Virus record (IMG/VR): IMGVR_UViG_3300025759_000062
Coordinates: 1-64,000 of that record
Strand: one strand, 5' to 3'
From: a virus
Taxonomy: Duplodnaviria; Caudoviricetes
Length of the DNA: 64,000 nt
Every line of letters starts with the position of its first letter. Within the stretch, counting starts at the first letter, position 1. Of the stretch, positions 16,505 to 26,876 are shown piece by piece. A model generated the notes under the pieces. The model was not told the DNA's origin. It searched no databases and worked only from the letters and a program-made list of their open reading frames with translations. The position numbers were made by a program, and so were the translations under genes.

Positions 16505-19261
16505 ATGAAGGTATTTAATGCAATGCAATTGAAGAATGGGGCAAAAGCTGAGAGCGGTTATCCTACTACAGCTAGTCTCACACAGCCTATACAATTTTTA
16601 CCTGCCAAAAAGAAGGATGATAACTGGGCGGCTTGGAACTTAGATTGGCTTGAATTGCAAGGTATGCAGTTCTTAAGACAAAATGCACGCAAACTTTTAA
16701 AGAACTATAAGTTAGCTAAAGGTATTATTGACAAGACAGATTATATTGTTGAGGATGATAATGAGTACAAAGATTTAGTTAATGTTCTTACAAAGGAAGA
16801 TGAATCAGCTTTAGAATTAAAGTTTTATCCTATTATTCCAAATGTTGTAAATGTATTAACTGGTGAATTTTCTAAAAGATTTAGCAGAGTACAATTTAGA
16901 GCAGTGGATGATTTATCTTACAATGAAATGCTTGAACAAAAAAGAGCTCTTATTGAAGAGAACTTGCTTGCTGATGCAGAGCAAAAACTTTTGTTTAAGA
17001 TGATTGAAATGGGTGCAGATCCAAATGACCCAGAAATACAACAAAGACTAGCTCCTGAAAGTTTAAAAACCTTACCTGAAATAGAAGACTTCTTCAGTAA
17101 AGATTATAGAAGTTTAGTTGAAGAGTGGGCTACACACCAACTTAATGTAGACACAGAGCGTTTTAAAATGCAAGAATTAGAAGAAAGAGCTTTCCGTGAT
17201 ATGCTTATTACTGATAGAGAGTTCTGGCATTTTAGAATGATGGAGGATGATTATGAACTAGAGTTATGGAATCCTGTATTGACTTTCTATCAGAAGTCAC
17301 CAGATGCAAGATACATTTCTCAGTCTAACTATGCTGGTAAAATAGATCTAATGACAGTTGCTGATGTGATTGATAGATTTGGTTATCTAATGAATCAAAA
17401 GCAATTAGAATCATTACAAGAGATTTATCCTGCTAAATCTGGCAGATATCAAGTATCTGGTTATCAGAATGACGGTGCATACTATGATCCTACTAAATCA
17501 CATGAGTGGAATACAAATGCTCCAAGTTTAGCTTACAGACAATTCACTAGTAATTGGAACAGTGCTCCTGAATATGGGGGTGATATCATCAGTTCTATTC
17601 TTAATGAGGGAGATGATTTACCTAATTGGGGGGAAGGGTCCTTAATGAGAGTTACCACAGTATACTGGAAAACTCAACGTAAAGTTGGACACCTAACAAA
17701 AATCACAGAAGAAGGGGAGGTAATTCAGGAGATTATAGATGAGACATTCAAGGTTACAGAGAAACCTGTGTATGACACAACTATATTTAAAAACAAGACC
17801 AAAGAGAATTTAGTACAAGGTGAGCACATAGATTGGATTTGGATTAATGAAGTATGGGGTGGTGTTAAGATTGGACCAAATCTACCGGCATTCTGGAAAT
17901 CAGATGCCAGCAATAATATCAATCCTATATATTTAGGAATTAATAGAGAAAAACCAGGGAGAATACCTTTCCAATTTAAAGGAGATAGTTCTTTGTATGG
18001 ATGTAAATTACCAATTGAAGGACGTGTATTCTCTGATAGAAATACTAGATCAACATCTTTAGTAGATCTTATGAAAGCTTATCAGGTTGGATATAACATG
18101 GTAAACAATCAGATTGCAGATATATTAGTTGATGAACTTGGTACTGTAATTATGTTTGATCAGAATGCATTACCAAGACACTCTATGGGAGAAGATTGGG
18201 GTAAGGGTAACTATGCTAAAGCATTTGTTGCAATGAAAGATTTCCAGATGCTTCCATTAGATACATCAATTACTAATACAGAGAATGCAACAAACTTCAA
18301 TCATTATCAAACTCTAAACATGGAGCAGACTAATAGATTGATGTCACGTATTCAATTAGCTAATTATTTTAAACAACAAGCATTTGATGCCATTGGTATA
18401 AATCCTCAAAGACTAGGTGCACCTATGGGTAATGAAACTGCAACTGGTATTACACAAGCCCTGAATCAATCATATGCACAAACAGAGATTTACTTCACAC
18501 AACACTCTGATCATTTAATGCCAAGGGTGCATCAGATGCGTACAGACTTATCACAGTACTACTACAGTACAAATCCAAGCGTAAGACTATCTTATATAAG
18601 CTCAGAGGCAGAGAAAGTAAACTTTACTATAAATGGTACTGATCTTTTATTAAGAGACTTTAATGTCTTTGCAACAACTAAAACAAATCACAGAGCTACA
18701 CTTGAGCAGTTGAAACAACTAGCAATTCAAAATAACACATCAGGTGCTAGCATATATGATCTTGGTAATATAATCAAAGCAGATTCTATTGCTGAAGTTT
18801 CAGATATCTTGAAAGATGCAGAAACTAAACAACTGCAACTTAGAGAACAAGAAATGCAACAGCAAAGAGAAATGCAAGAACAACAGCTTCAAGCTAGAGC
18901 TCAAGAAGAACAACTCAAACGTGAGTATGAATCAATGGAGAATGATAAAGAACGTCAAAAAGATGTTGAGGTTGCACAAATCAGATCTGCAGGTTATGGA
19001 GCTATGGTTGATATAAATGAGAACAAACGTTCTGATTATCAAGATGAAATGGAAAACATCAGAAGAGAAAGAAAAGACAGAGAAAAAATGGACTTCCAAA
19101 GAGAACAAGCAGCTGTCAAAAACTCTAATGACCAAGCCAAACTTCAAATTAAAAGAGAAGAATTATCTGCAAGAAGAGAAATAGCAGATAAACAACTTCA
19201 AATAGCTAGAGAAAACAAAAATAGATTTGATGTTAAAGGTGATAATAAATCTGAAAACTAA
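16505..19261 (+). CDS. Portal protein (crAss-like)
   Basis: 918 aa after TerL; YPIIPNVVNVLTGE, SLVDLMKAYQ, GINPQRLG motifs; C-terminal Q/E coiled coil. Confidence 0.88.
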   Translation: MKVFNAMQLKNGAKAESGYPTTASLTQPIQFLPAKKKDDNWAAWNLDWLELQGMQFLRQNARKLLKNYKLAKGIIDKTDYIVEDDNEYKDLVNVLTKEDESALELKFYPIIPNVVNVLTGEFSKRFSRVQFRAVDDLSYNEMLEQKRALIEENLLADAEQKLLFKMIEMGADPNDPEIQQRLAPESLKTLPEIEDFFSKDYRSLVEEWATHQLNVDTERFKMQELEERAFRDMLITDREFWHFRMMEDDYELELWNPVLTFYQKSPDARYISQSNYAGKIDLMTVADVIDRFGYLMNQKQLESLQEIYPAKSGRYQVSGYQNDGAYYDPTKSHEWNTNAPSLAYRQFTSNWNSAPEYGGDIISSILNEGDDLPNWGEGSLMRVTTVYWKTQRKVGHLTKITEEGEVIQEIIDETFKVTEKPVYDTTIFKNKTKENLVQGEHIDWIWINEVWGGVKIGPNLPAFWKSDASNNINPIYLGINREKPGRIPFQFKGDSSLYGCKLPIEGRVFSDRNTRSTSLVDLMKAYQVGYNMVNNQIADILVDELGTVIMFDQNALPRHSMGEDWGKGNYAKAFVAMKDFQMLPLDTSITNTENATNFNHYQTLNMEQTNRLMSRIQLANYFKQQAFDAIGINPQRLGAPMGNETATGITQALNQSYAQTEIYFTQHSDHLMPRVHQMRTDLSQYYYSTNPSVRLSYISSEAEKVNFTINGTDLLLRDFNVFATTKTNHRATLEQLKQLAIQNNTSGASIYDLGNIIKADSIAEVSDILKDAETKQLQLREQEMQQQREMQEQQLQARAQEEQLKREYESMENDKERQKDVEVAQIRSAGYGAMVDINENKRSDYQDEMENIRRERKDREKMDFQREQAAVKNSNDQAKLQIKREELSARREIADKQLQIARENKNRFDVKGDNKSEN

Positions 19262-19360
19262 ACTTTTCTAATATTTATAATATAAGAAAAACATAGATAG
19301 CTATATACTGCACAAAATGAAAATCAGGTTGTGCATTTTGTAAGTTTATTTGTGGAAATA

Positions 19361-19379
19361 TTTGTATATTGTATATGTA
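19361..19379 (+). promoter_or_regulatory. Late-promoter-like motif TTTGTATATTGTATATGTA
   Basis: Recurs upstream of several structural genes. Confidence 0.6.
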
Positions 19380-19410
19380 AGAATTAGTAATTACAAAAAC
19401 CAACAATATT

Positions 19411-20697
19411 ATGGCAACAGAAACTAAAACAGTTGAGAGTAAAGTTACTCAAGAAAATATTGATTTAGATTCTCTTTTTGATGGAGCAGCTGGTGCAGAA
19501 AGTGTAACAGTTCCTGAAGATAGTAAACCTAAATCAGTGTTTAGTAAACCAACACAAGAAGCTGATTTTTCTTTTGCAGATCCAGAAGGACAAGTAGAAG
19601 AAGAAACAGAAGTTGAAACAGAAGCAAATGCTGAAGAGACAACAGAAACAGAAACTAAACCAGAAACCAAGGATAGTGCAGAAGAAGTATTTGACGCGCT
19701 TGATAACTTGGAAGATGAAGAAGTTGAAGAAGAGAAAAAGGAGACAAGAGGAAGAAAGAAGATATCAGGAATAAGTGATGTATTTGACAAGCTTATAAAA
19801 GATGACAAGATTGTTCCTTTTGATGATGACAAGCCGTTAGATGATTATACGGCTAAAGACTGGGAAGAATTAATTGAAGCTAACTTGGAAGAAAAGGCAA
19901 ACCAAGTTAGAAGAGAAACTCCCAAACAGTTCTTTGAAAGTTTGCCACAAGAACTCCAGATTGCTGCACGTTATGTAGCTGATGGTGGTACAGACCTTAA
20001 GGGTTTATTTTCAACTCTAGCTCAGTCTGAAGAAAAGAAGAGCTTAGATGTTAAAAATGAAAGTCACCAAGAGGTTATTATTAGAGACTACCTGCAAGCT
20101 ACCGGATATGGTACAGCTGAAGAGATTGCAGAGGAGATTGAAGTTTGGAAGGACTTAGGAAAGCTTGAACAACAAGCTATGAAGTTCAAACCAAAGTTGG
20201 ATAAGATGCAAGAAAAAGTTATTGCACAAAAGTTGCAAGAACAAGAAATGCGTAAAAAACAACAAGAACAAGCTTCTAAGCAATACATGGAGAACGTATA
20301 TAATACTCTTAAGGAAGGATCCTTGGGTGATATTAAAGTTGATAGAAAGACACAGTCTATGCTATACAATGGTTTAGTACAACCTAATTATCCTTCAGTG
20401 AGTGGTAGAAATACTAACTTGTTAGGTCATTTGCTAGAAAAGTATCAGTTTGTTGAACCAAACTATACATTGATTTCAGAAGCACTTTGGCTGTTATCTG
20501 ATCCAGATGGATATAAGTCCAAGATTATGGAGAAAGGTGCTCAGAAAAGTGTAGAGAAAACTGTTAGAAAGCTTAAGACTGAACAAGCAAATGCTGGAGG
20601 ATCTTCTCTTGGTGTACAAGAACGTGAACAAGAAACAAAACAACGTTCTACTAAAAGAAAGATTCCAAGAAGCAATAACATATTTAAAAGGTTTTAA
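19411..20697 (+). CDS. Capsid scaffolding-like acidic protein
   Basis: Highly acidic N-terminal half with coiled coils; lies between the portal and major capsid genes. Confidence 0.7.
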   Translation: MATETKTVESKVTQENIDLDSLFDGAAGAESVTVPEDSKPKSVFSKPTQEADFSFADPEGQVEEETEVETEANAEETTETETKPETKDSAEEVFDALDNLEDEEVEEEKKETRGRKKISGISDVFDKLIKDDKIVPFDDDKPLDDYTAKDWEELIEANLEEKANQVRRETPKQFFESLPQELQIAARYVADGGTDLKGLFSTLAQSEEKKSLDVKNESHQEVIIRDYLQATGYGTAEEIAEEIEVWKDLGKLEQQAMKFKPKLDKMQEKVIAQKLQEQEMRKKQQEQASKQYMENVYNTLKEGSLGDIKVDRKTQSMLYNGLVQPNYPSVSGRNTNLLGHLLEKYQFVEPNYTLISEALWLLSDPDGYKSKIMEKGAQKSVEKTVRKLKTEQANAGGSSLGVQEREQETKQRSTKRKIPRSNNIFKRF

Positions 20698-20738
20698 TAA
20701 TAAACACTAATAATAATTAACTTAAATAACAATCAATT

Positions 20739-22355
20739 ATGGCAACTCCTGTATTAAACAATGGAATTTTCCTAAGAGATACTGCCTACAAAGCAAGCTC
20801 TCATATTGATTCTTATCACCTTACCCAGATGCTTGGTTCTGCTGAGCCTATGGATATGGGACCAGTTGATCTTTGGGCTATGACCCAAAAGGTAGAAATG
20901 CCTTTGTATCAAATGGCTTCTTTTGGTGGAAAGAATACAATCTTAGTAGACAACGCACGTGGGGAGTACAAATGGCAAACTCCTATTGCTCAAGATCTAC
21001 CATTCGTGGTGGCTGATATTGAGCCTGCAAATGATGAAAAGGGTATTGATGGTACTACCTTTAAGATCAAGCTTTCTAAGAGAGCATTTGGTCACGGTGA
21101 CATCATTACTTATGACAAGTACAACGGTTTGGAATTGTACGTTACTGCTGATGATATTATCCCAGCTGGTGACGGATTTATCTACACTGTACAGCTTGTA
21201 AACAACAACAGTGCTTCTTCATTGGATAATGCTTACCTAGCATCTGGAACTAAATTCTTTAGAAAAGGTTCTGCACGTGGTGAGTACGGTGAAAGATTCT
21301 CTGACATTGAAACTGGATCTGGTTTCAGAGAGTTCTACAACTTTGTTGGTGGAGCTGAAGCACACGTACACTACTCTGTATCTAGCCGTGCTGATCTTAT
21401 GATCAAAGGTGGTTTGAATGCTGACGGTACTGTACCTGTAACTGAGATCTGGAGAAACTTTGATGAAAGCGGTAACCCATCTGTATCTTCTATTGAAGAA
21501 TTAGTAGCTAGCATGGGTAAAGCTGGAGCTAGAGATGCATTTGAAAGTGGTAAACTTTCTAGAACTTTTGTTACTAATTTGGAAGCTGCTCACTTGAGCA
21601 AGATTGCAAATGACATTGAAACTTACCTCATGTGGGGTAAAGGTGGTAAGGTTAAGCAAGATGGACCAGATGATATTAGATTGTCTGTTGGTCTTTGGTC
21701 ACAGTTGGATAACTCATTCAAGAGAGTATACAACAAATCTGCTTTCTCTCTTGACATGTTCAAATCAGAACTATACAACTTCTACCAAGGTAAAGTTGAG
21801 TTCAAAGGACCGGACCCACAGAGACAACTTGTTGTACAAACTGGTATTGGTGGTATGCAATTAATCAACAAAGCTATTGCTGATGAAGTATACGGATCAG
21901 GTCTTGTACAGAATGCATCTGACATTGGTGCAGTTACTGGTCAGGGAATGGATCTTGACTTTGGTTTTGCTTACACAAGCTTTACTATTCCATTCTTAGC
22001 TAACGTTAAGTTTGTTCTTAACCCAGCGTTTGATAACCTTCACACTAATGATGTTGAGAATCCATTGATTGATGGAAGACCATTGAGCTCTTACAGCTTT
22101 ATCATCTTTGATGTGACTGAGAACGGTAATGATAACATTCACTTGTTGAAGTTGTCATGGGATAACCAATTGAAGTGGTTCTACCAAAATGGTACTATGG
22201 ACTACATGGGAAGAACGCAAGGATTTGCATCTTCTGGTAACTTCAATGGTTACAGAGTATACATGACTCAAACCATGCCAGCTGTATGGGTTAAAGACCC
22301 AACTAAAGTTCTTAAGATTGTAATGAGAAATCCTGTTACAGGAGGATCATTCTAA
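20739..22355 (+). CDS. Major capsid protein (crAss-like)
   Basis: 538 aa; synteny; biased codon usage suggesting high expression; YLMWGKGG, GLWSQL, TQTMPAVWVKDPTK; strong terminator follows. Confidence 0.88.
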   Translation: MATPVLNNGIFLRDTAYKASSHIDSYHLTQMLGSAEPMDMGPVDLWAMTQKVEMPLYQMASFGGKNTILVDNARGEYKWQTPIAQDLPFVVADIEPANDEKGIDGTTFKIKLSKRAFGHGDIITYDKYNGLELYVTADDIIPAGDGFIYTVQLVNNNSASSLDNAYLASGTKFFRKGSARGEYGERFSDIETGSGFREFYNFVGGAEAHVHYSVSSRADLMIKGGLNADGTVPVTEIWRNFDESGNPSVSSIEELVASMGKAGARDAFESGKLSRTFVTNLEAAHLSKIANDIETYLMWGKGGKVKQDGPDDIRLSVGLWSQLDNSFKRVYNKSAFSLDMFKSELYNFYQGKVEFKGPDPQRQLVVQTGIGGMQLINKAIADEVYGSGLVQNASDIGAVTGQGMDLDFGFAYTSFTIPFLANVKFVLNPAFDNLHTNDVENPLIDGRPLSSYSFIIFDVTENGNDNIHLLKLSWDNQLKWFYQNGTMDYMGRTQGFASSGNFNGYRVYMTQTMPAVWVKDPTKVLKIVMRNPVTGGSF

Positions 22356-22368
22356 GAATTATACTGAT

Positions 22369-22401
22369 AAAAGGGGAGGGGATAAAACTCCTCCCCTTTT
22401 T
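22369..22401 (+). terminator. Rho-independent terminator after the major capsid gene
   Basis: AAAAGGGGAGGGG-ATAAAA-CTCCTCCCCTTTTT. Confidence 0.9.
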
Positions 22402-22534
22402 ATTTTTTATGATGTTATTTAACTCAAATAACTTTAGTCAGGGTAAACCTGGCTTTAGAAATATTAATAATAATTATAGCAAATTTGCTATTTTTGAGTT
22501 GAAAAACAATTATTAATTTTTAAAACCAATTGAA

Positions 22535-23551
22535 ATGAGTGATTACACTATTGTAGAAAAGTATCAGCAAACTAAAAGTGATAGTATTGCTATACGCCCT
22601 TACTTCAATCCTGGAAAACAAAACATGGGATTGGAAAATTATGGAATGGCACTTCATGAAGGAGTGTGGCATGAAGAATCTTTAGCATGTTTAGAGATAA
22701 ACGGTGTTAAGAGATATGTTACAGGCCTTAATGAATTTGCTCCAGAAGTAAAAAGATTATCTCCGGGTGACCGTGAGGTAAAGATAAAAGAGATTAGACA
22801 GGTTGTAGTACAGCTTGAAGCTGAGTTAGCTGCTAATGTAATTGATCCAGAAGATAAAGACTTTTGGAATAAAGTTACTTTACTAAAGCCTGACAATGAT
22901 AAGTTCTGGTCACGCATCAGTTTAAGATGTGGCAATGATCCAGTATTTTTGGATCCTTCAAAGGATTCATATGATCTTATTAAAATTTATGCTATTAACG
23001 CTGGAGGGTTCTCTATGGTGGCTAAATCACTTAAAGAAGCAAAGAAGGCTGTTAATCCACCTAAGTTTTACCTAGATCAACTTGAAGAAACCATCAGTGA
23101 AAGAACTGAGTACACTAAGCTAAGAAACAGAGCTTTAGTTGAACTTCAGAATATGTATGATACTGATACTACAAAGTTGATGTATGTAGCAAAATGTGTT
23201 GATGTTGAAAGTGTACAATACACCAAGTCAACACCAAATGATATTATGTACGAAAACATGGATATGTATATTAATGGTGAAGGAACAGAATCTAATAGAA
23301 AGAGGGCTGCTCAAAACTTCTTGGATGCTTCAAAAGACAGCATGGAGAATTTAAAAATCAGAGCTCTTGTAAAAGATGCTATGTATTATAGATTCTTAGT
23401 TCCTAAATCTTCTGGTTGGATTGAGACTATGGATAGCTCAGAAAAACTTGGTAAAAGATCTACTGAGGTTATTGAGTATTTAAAAGATCCAGGTAATGAA
23501 GATACACTATTAAGTTTATTGTCTAAGGTTGAACCTTACTGGAACTCATAA
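22535..23551 (+). CDS. Conserved crAss-like capsid-module protein
   Basis: Position after the major capsid gene; RYVTGLNEFAPEV motif. Confidence 0.7.
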   Translation: MSDYTIVEKYQQTKSDSIAIRPYFNPGKQNMGLENYGMALHEGVWHEESLACLEINGVKRYVTGLNEFAPEVKRLSPGDREVKIKEIRQVVVQLEAELAANVIDPEDKDFWNKVTLLKPDNDKFWSRISLRCGNDPVFLDPSKDSYDLIKIYAINAGGFSMVAKSLKEAKKAVNPPKFYLDQLEETISERTEYTKLRNRALVELQNMYDTDTTKLMYVAKCVDVESVQYTKSTPNDIMYENMDMYINGEGTESNRKRAAQNFLDASKDSMENLKIRALVKDAMYYRFLVPKSSGWIETMDSSEKLGKRSTEVIEYLKDPGNEDTLLSLLSKVEPYWNS

Positions 23552-23562
23552 CTTAATAAAAA

Positions 23563-24264
23563 ATGAACAATCAAACTCTACAAATTAAAATAAGACAAAG
23601 GCTTAATAAGCTGGCTAGTAATGATTATGACAACATTGAATGTTGGCAAATTGTAGAGGCTTTTAACAAAGCTCAGGTTGAGTGGGTTAGACGTCAACTT
23701 CATGGTAATAATTTATACCGTGAAGGAGATGAGATGTCTAAAAGAAGAATTGATGATTTAAATATTCTTTTAGAAGAAGTTAACGTACCTGGTTTTGAAG
23801 GAGATAATTATTTTGAATCTACTACAATTCCTGATAACTACATGGAATACAAGAGAGTGACTGCATTTGCTACAAGTGAGTGTTGTCCTGATCCTAGATC
23901 AATGACTGTGTATTTAGCAGAAGAAGCTAATGTAGATTTAATTATGAGAGATCCTTTGAAGAGACCTGATTATGATTGGGGAGAAACATTTTGTACATGG
24001 ATAGGTAATGATCTTAGAGTATACAGAAGAGATTTTAATATCACTGATGTTAATCTAACATATTACAGACAACCAAGATTAATAGAAATTCAAGGTTGTC
24101 AAAATCCATATGATGGAACACCAACATTTGCTGAGGTTGAATGTGAATTTAAAGATGATATTGTTGAAGTACTGATAGATGAAACAGCTTCATTAATTGC
24201 TGGGGATATAGAAAACTTTAATCAGTATAGCACTAATCAACAAACAGCTGAAAGAAATAACTAA
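23563..24264 (+). CDS. Head-tail adaptor / ring protein
   Basis: RLNKLASNDYDN...FNKAQ...LTYYRQP...CEFKDDIVEVLIDE pattern of crAss ring proteins; synteny. Confidence 0.65.
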   Translation: MNNQTLQIKIRQRLNKLASNDYDNIECWQIVEAFNKAQVEWVRRQLHGNNLYREGDEMSKRRIDDLNILLEEVNVPGFEGDNYFESTTIPDNYMEYKRVTAFATSECCPDPRSMTVYLAEEANVDLIMRDPLKRPDYDWGETFCTWIGNDLRVYRRDFNITDVNLTYYRQPRLIEIQGCQNPYDGTPTFAEVECEFKDDIVEVLIDETASLIAGDIENFNQYSTNQQTAERNN

Positions 24265-24740
24265 TGGACTATAAAAGACCTTTAAAAGCAAAAAGCTCTG
24301 ATGGACTATCAAGACCATCCACTAAAAAGAAAATGGGTGACAGATCACCTGAAATGAAAAAAGTGGATGCAATGACATCTTCTATGGTTGTAGAGTTAAT
24401 GAATGCAAGAACAAGCTTTCATAAACTACATTTGCAAGTAACAGGAGATGGTTCATATGCTCAACATAAAGCATTAAATGAGTTGTATGATGCTCTTCCT
24501 GATTTAGTAGATACTATTGCAGAAGGATATCAAGGTGCTTGTGAAGTTATTTTAAGTTATCCTGATAAGGCTCCAGCTACTCTAACAAGTGTAGATGGTG
24601 CTTTAGATTATATGAGAATGTTATCTATGCAGATTAGTGAATTACAGAAAGTTGTACCACATTCTGAAGTAGTTAATAATCTTGATTTAATCAAAGATGA
24701 GATTAACTCAGCTAAGTATAAATTATTATTTCTCAGTTAG
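24264..24740 (+). CDS. Ferritin-like (Dps-like) protein
   Basis: HKLHLQ...YAQHKALNELYD...DTIAEGYQG...KYKL four-helix metal-binding pattern. Confidence 0.75.
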   Translation: MDYKRPLKAKSSDGLSRPSTKKKMGDRSPEMKKVDAMTSSMVVELMNARTSFHKLHLQVTGDGSYAQHKALNELYDALPDLVDTIAEGYQGACEVILSYPDKAPATLTSVDGALDYMRMLSMQISELQKVVPHSEVVNNLDLIKDEINSAKYKLLFLS

Positions 24741-24759
24741 TTGGTATTTTAAAAGAAAA

Positions 24760-24778
24760 ATTGTATATTATATATGTG
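24760..24778 (+). promoter_or_regulatory. Late-promoter-like motif ATTGTATATTATATATGTG
   Basis: Copy of the recurrent motif, upstream of 24824. Confidence 0.55.
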
Positions 24779-24823
24779 CATAAAGCACAAAATTTTATTT
24801 GTTAAACTTAAATTTTTTTAAAA

Positions 24824-26044
24824 ATGGCTTATTTTAATCACGCTTTTTATAAAAGCTTTTTAGCACTAGACACAGCAGGTGCTGGTGTTAAGACTAAAGA
24901 CCTAGGCGCAGGTCAGTTGGCATTGGTTGATGGAGACACTTGGACTTCAGCAGCTGCACTAACTGCTCCAGCTATGGCTTATTTAGTACAAGGTTCTTTG
25001 CATGCAAGTGATACCATTGGTGGTAACAAATTCCACGGTGGTTATGCAGAATCTGTAAAATCAAAAGGTATCAATCCAAGATACTTAACTAGAGTATGGG
25101 AATCTGAATGTATTCAGGCTACTCCTGCAACTGTTTCAGTATCAGTTGGTCCTAAGTGTCACCCATGTGGAGAAACTTTAATGTTACGTTTAGATGTTAA
25201 AGGTGCTCCTGCATTGAGATTTTTGAATCACAATGCTTATGCTATTGGTGATTCTGCAGGTGATGCAGCTGATGGTGATGTACCAGGATTATGTTGTGCA
25301 GATGGTCAAGAGTATCTTGATCCTGTAGTAGCTCTTGCTAAAATTGGTAAGATGCTTCTTGCTGATCCTATTGTTTCTCCATTTGTACAAGAATTAACAG
25401 GTGGTGGTATTGAAGCAACTGTGGGTGGTGTTGCAACTGTTTACACTATTGCACAAGTATTAGATGGAACTTATGTAGCTTCTTCTGATCCAGTTGGTGA
25501 TGATGTTTCTGCTAAAATTTCTTTTGAAGGTGCATATGTAGATACTAAGTTTGGTGACTGTTCTTTTGATACTAGAGATTACTACGGAAAAGAACCTATT
25601 CAATTAGTTGCTTCTTTGTTAGATGAAACTGGTGATCCTTGTAATGATTGTGGTGTTGTTGTAAGCACTGCAGGTACAATGCAACAAACTATTGGTGAAG
25701 GTGTATTGAGAAAAATCTTGTTGACTGAATCTTACGGTCAAGCTCCTTACCACCAAGGTAATGCAGATTCTGTAAGAATGAGAGAGATTGAAGGTTCTGA
25801 GGAAGTAATTGCTGCAGTTGATAGAGCTGCTTTATACAAAGCATACTACGTACAACACAGCATTCCTAGACTAAACAATGCTACAAGCGTATTTGATAAT
25901 GACCAATACGTATATGAGATCTTTGTAAAATGTGGAGATGATGCAAACATTACTGCAATTGAAGCTATGCTAGATGCATTAGTAGATGTAGCTAACGATT
26001 CTGGTAATCCAATTGTTAGAGAAACTGCTATTGATCAGCAATAA
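24824..26044 (+). CDS. Abundant structural protein (auxiliary capsid-like)
   Basis: Own promoter motif and terminator; Ala/Gly-rich; synteny with crAss auxiliary capsid genes. Confidence 0.6.
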   Translation: MAYFNHAFYKSFLALDTAGAGVKTKDLGAGQLALVDGDTWTSAAALTAPAMAYLVQGSLHASDTIGGNKFHGGYAESVKSKGINPRYLTRVWESECIQATPATVSVSVGPKCHPCGETLMLRLDVKGAPALRFLNHNAYAIGDSAGDAADGDVPGLCCADGQEYLDPVVALAKIGKMLLADPIVSPFVQELTGGGIEATVGGVATVYTIAQVLDGTYVASSDPVGDDVSAKISFEGAYVDTKFGDCSFDTRDYYGKEPIQLVASLLDETGDPCNDCGVVVSTAGTMQQTIGEGVLRKILLTESYGQAPYHQGNADSVRMREIEGSEEVIAAVDRAALYKAYYVQHSIPRLNNATSVFDNDQYVYEIFVKCGDDANITAIEAMLDALVDVANDSGNPIVRETAIDQQ

Positions 26045-26065
26045 TAGATCTTTTAATATCTTTTT

Positions 26066-26099
26066 AAAAAAGGTGGGGGAGCAATCTCTCACCTTTTTT
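26066..26099 (+). terminator. Rho-independent terminator
   Basis: AAAAAAGGTGGGGGA-GCAA-TCTCTCACCTTTTTT with a GNRA loop. Confidence 0.88.
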
Positions 26100-26120
26100 A
26101 TTTCCTAATCTTATGATTTT

Positions 26121-26139
26121 TTTGTATATTATCTATGTA
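26121..26139 (+). promoter_or_regulatory. Late-promoter-like motif TTTGTATATTATCTATGTA
   Basis: Copy of the recurrent motif, directly after the terminator. Confidence 0.6.
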
Positions 26140-26170
26140 GTATAGTATTTATATAAAATTAGAGACAATC

Positions 26171-26722
26171 ATGGCTGATAAGCATATATTAAGTTTAGAA
26201 GTTCCTACGGTATCCAATCGTGAGATATTGAGTGTGAGAGACACAAGTCAATACTCATCAAAACTTGATATAGACTGTGGTGAACTTTTAATTACTTCCC
26301 CTGGATACAACGTACCAGTTTTAATACAAGTTAATAAAGATTTTAATCTTCATTTAAATGCATGTCAATTAGCATTGCAAACACAAAACTGTGGTACGGT
26401 TAGAACAAATTTACCAGATGGTATTTTTGTAATTAAGTATAGTGTTGCACCTACTGATAAGGTTTATGTAGAGTATAATCATTTACGTGTAACAAGTTTA
26501 TTGACATTATACTTTGAAACATTATGTCACATTGATGTAAAAGATTGTGAGCCTCACAGTGAGAGAAAACAACTTATTGATGAAATGAAATACATAAGAA
26601 CTCTTATTGATGCAGCTGTAGCAAAAGTTGAATATTGCAATAGTCCAAAAGCCGGGATAGAGTTATATGACTATGCTAAGAAAAGATTACAGAAAATTTC
26701 CTGCAAGACTGTAGGATGCTAA
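26171..26722 (+). CDS. Tail structural protein (Cys-containing)
   Basis: LPDGIFVIKYSV motif; position in the structural module. Confidence 0.6.
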   Translation: MADKHILSLEVPTVSNREILSVRDTSQYSSKLDIDCGELLITSPGYNVPVLIQVNKDFNLHLNACQLALQTQNCGTVRTNLPDGIFVIKYSVAPTDKVYVEYNHLRVTSLLTLYFETLCHIDVKDCEPHSERKQLIDEMKYIRTLIDAAVAKVEYCNSPKAGIELYDYAKKRLQKISCKTVGC

Positions 26723-26744
26723 ATATTAAGTTAAAAACCAAATT

Positions 26745-26873
26745 ATGAATTGTGCACATTGTAATAAATCATTTTCATGTGGATGCCAAAAGACACGTGC
26801 AAAAGATGGAGCAACAGTACATAAAACTTGTAAGGCAACTTATGAGAAAGAATTAAAGACTGTAAAAGAATAG
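26745..26873 (+). CDS. Small Cys/His-rich protein (42 aa, MNCAHCNKSFSCGCQK...HKTC)
   Basis: Read manually; AAAAACCAAATT leader; fills the gap between two genes. Confidence 0.75.
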   Translation: MNCAHCNKSFSCGCQKTRAKDGATVHKTCKATYEKELKTVKE

Positions 26874-26876
26874 ATA

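Noticed and set aside
14313-22355. Introns or inteins in terL, portal or the capsid gene
   Set aside because: ORFs are continuous, of expected size, and show no intein or homing-endonuclease motifs
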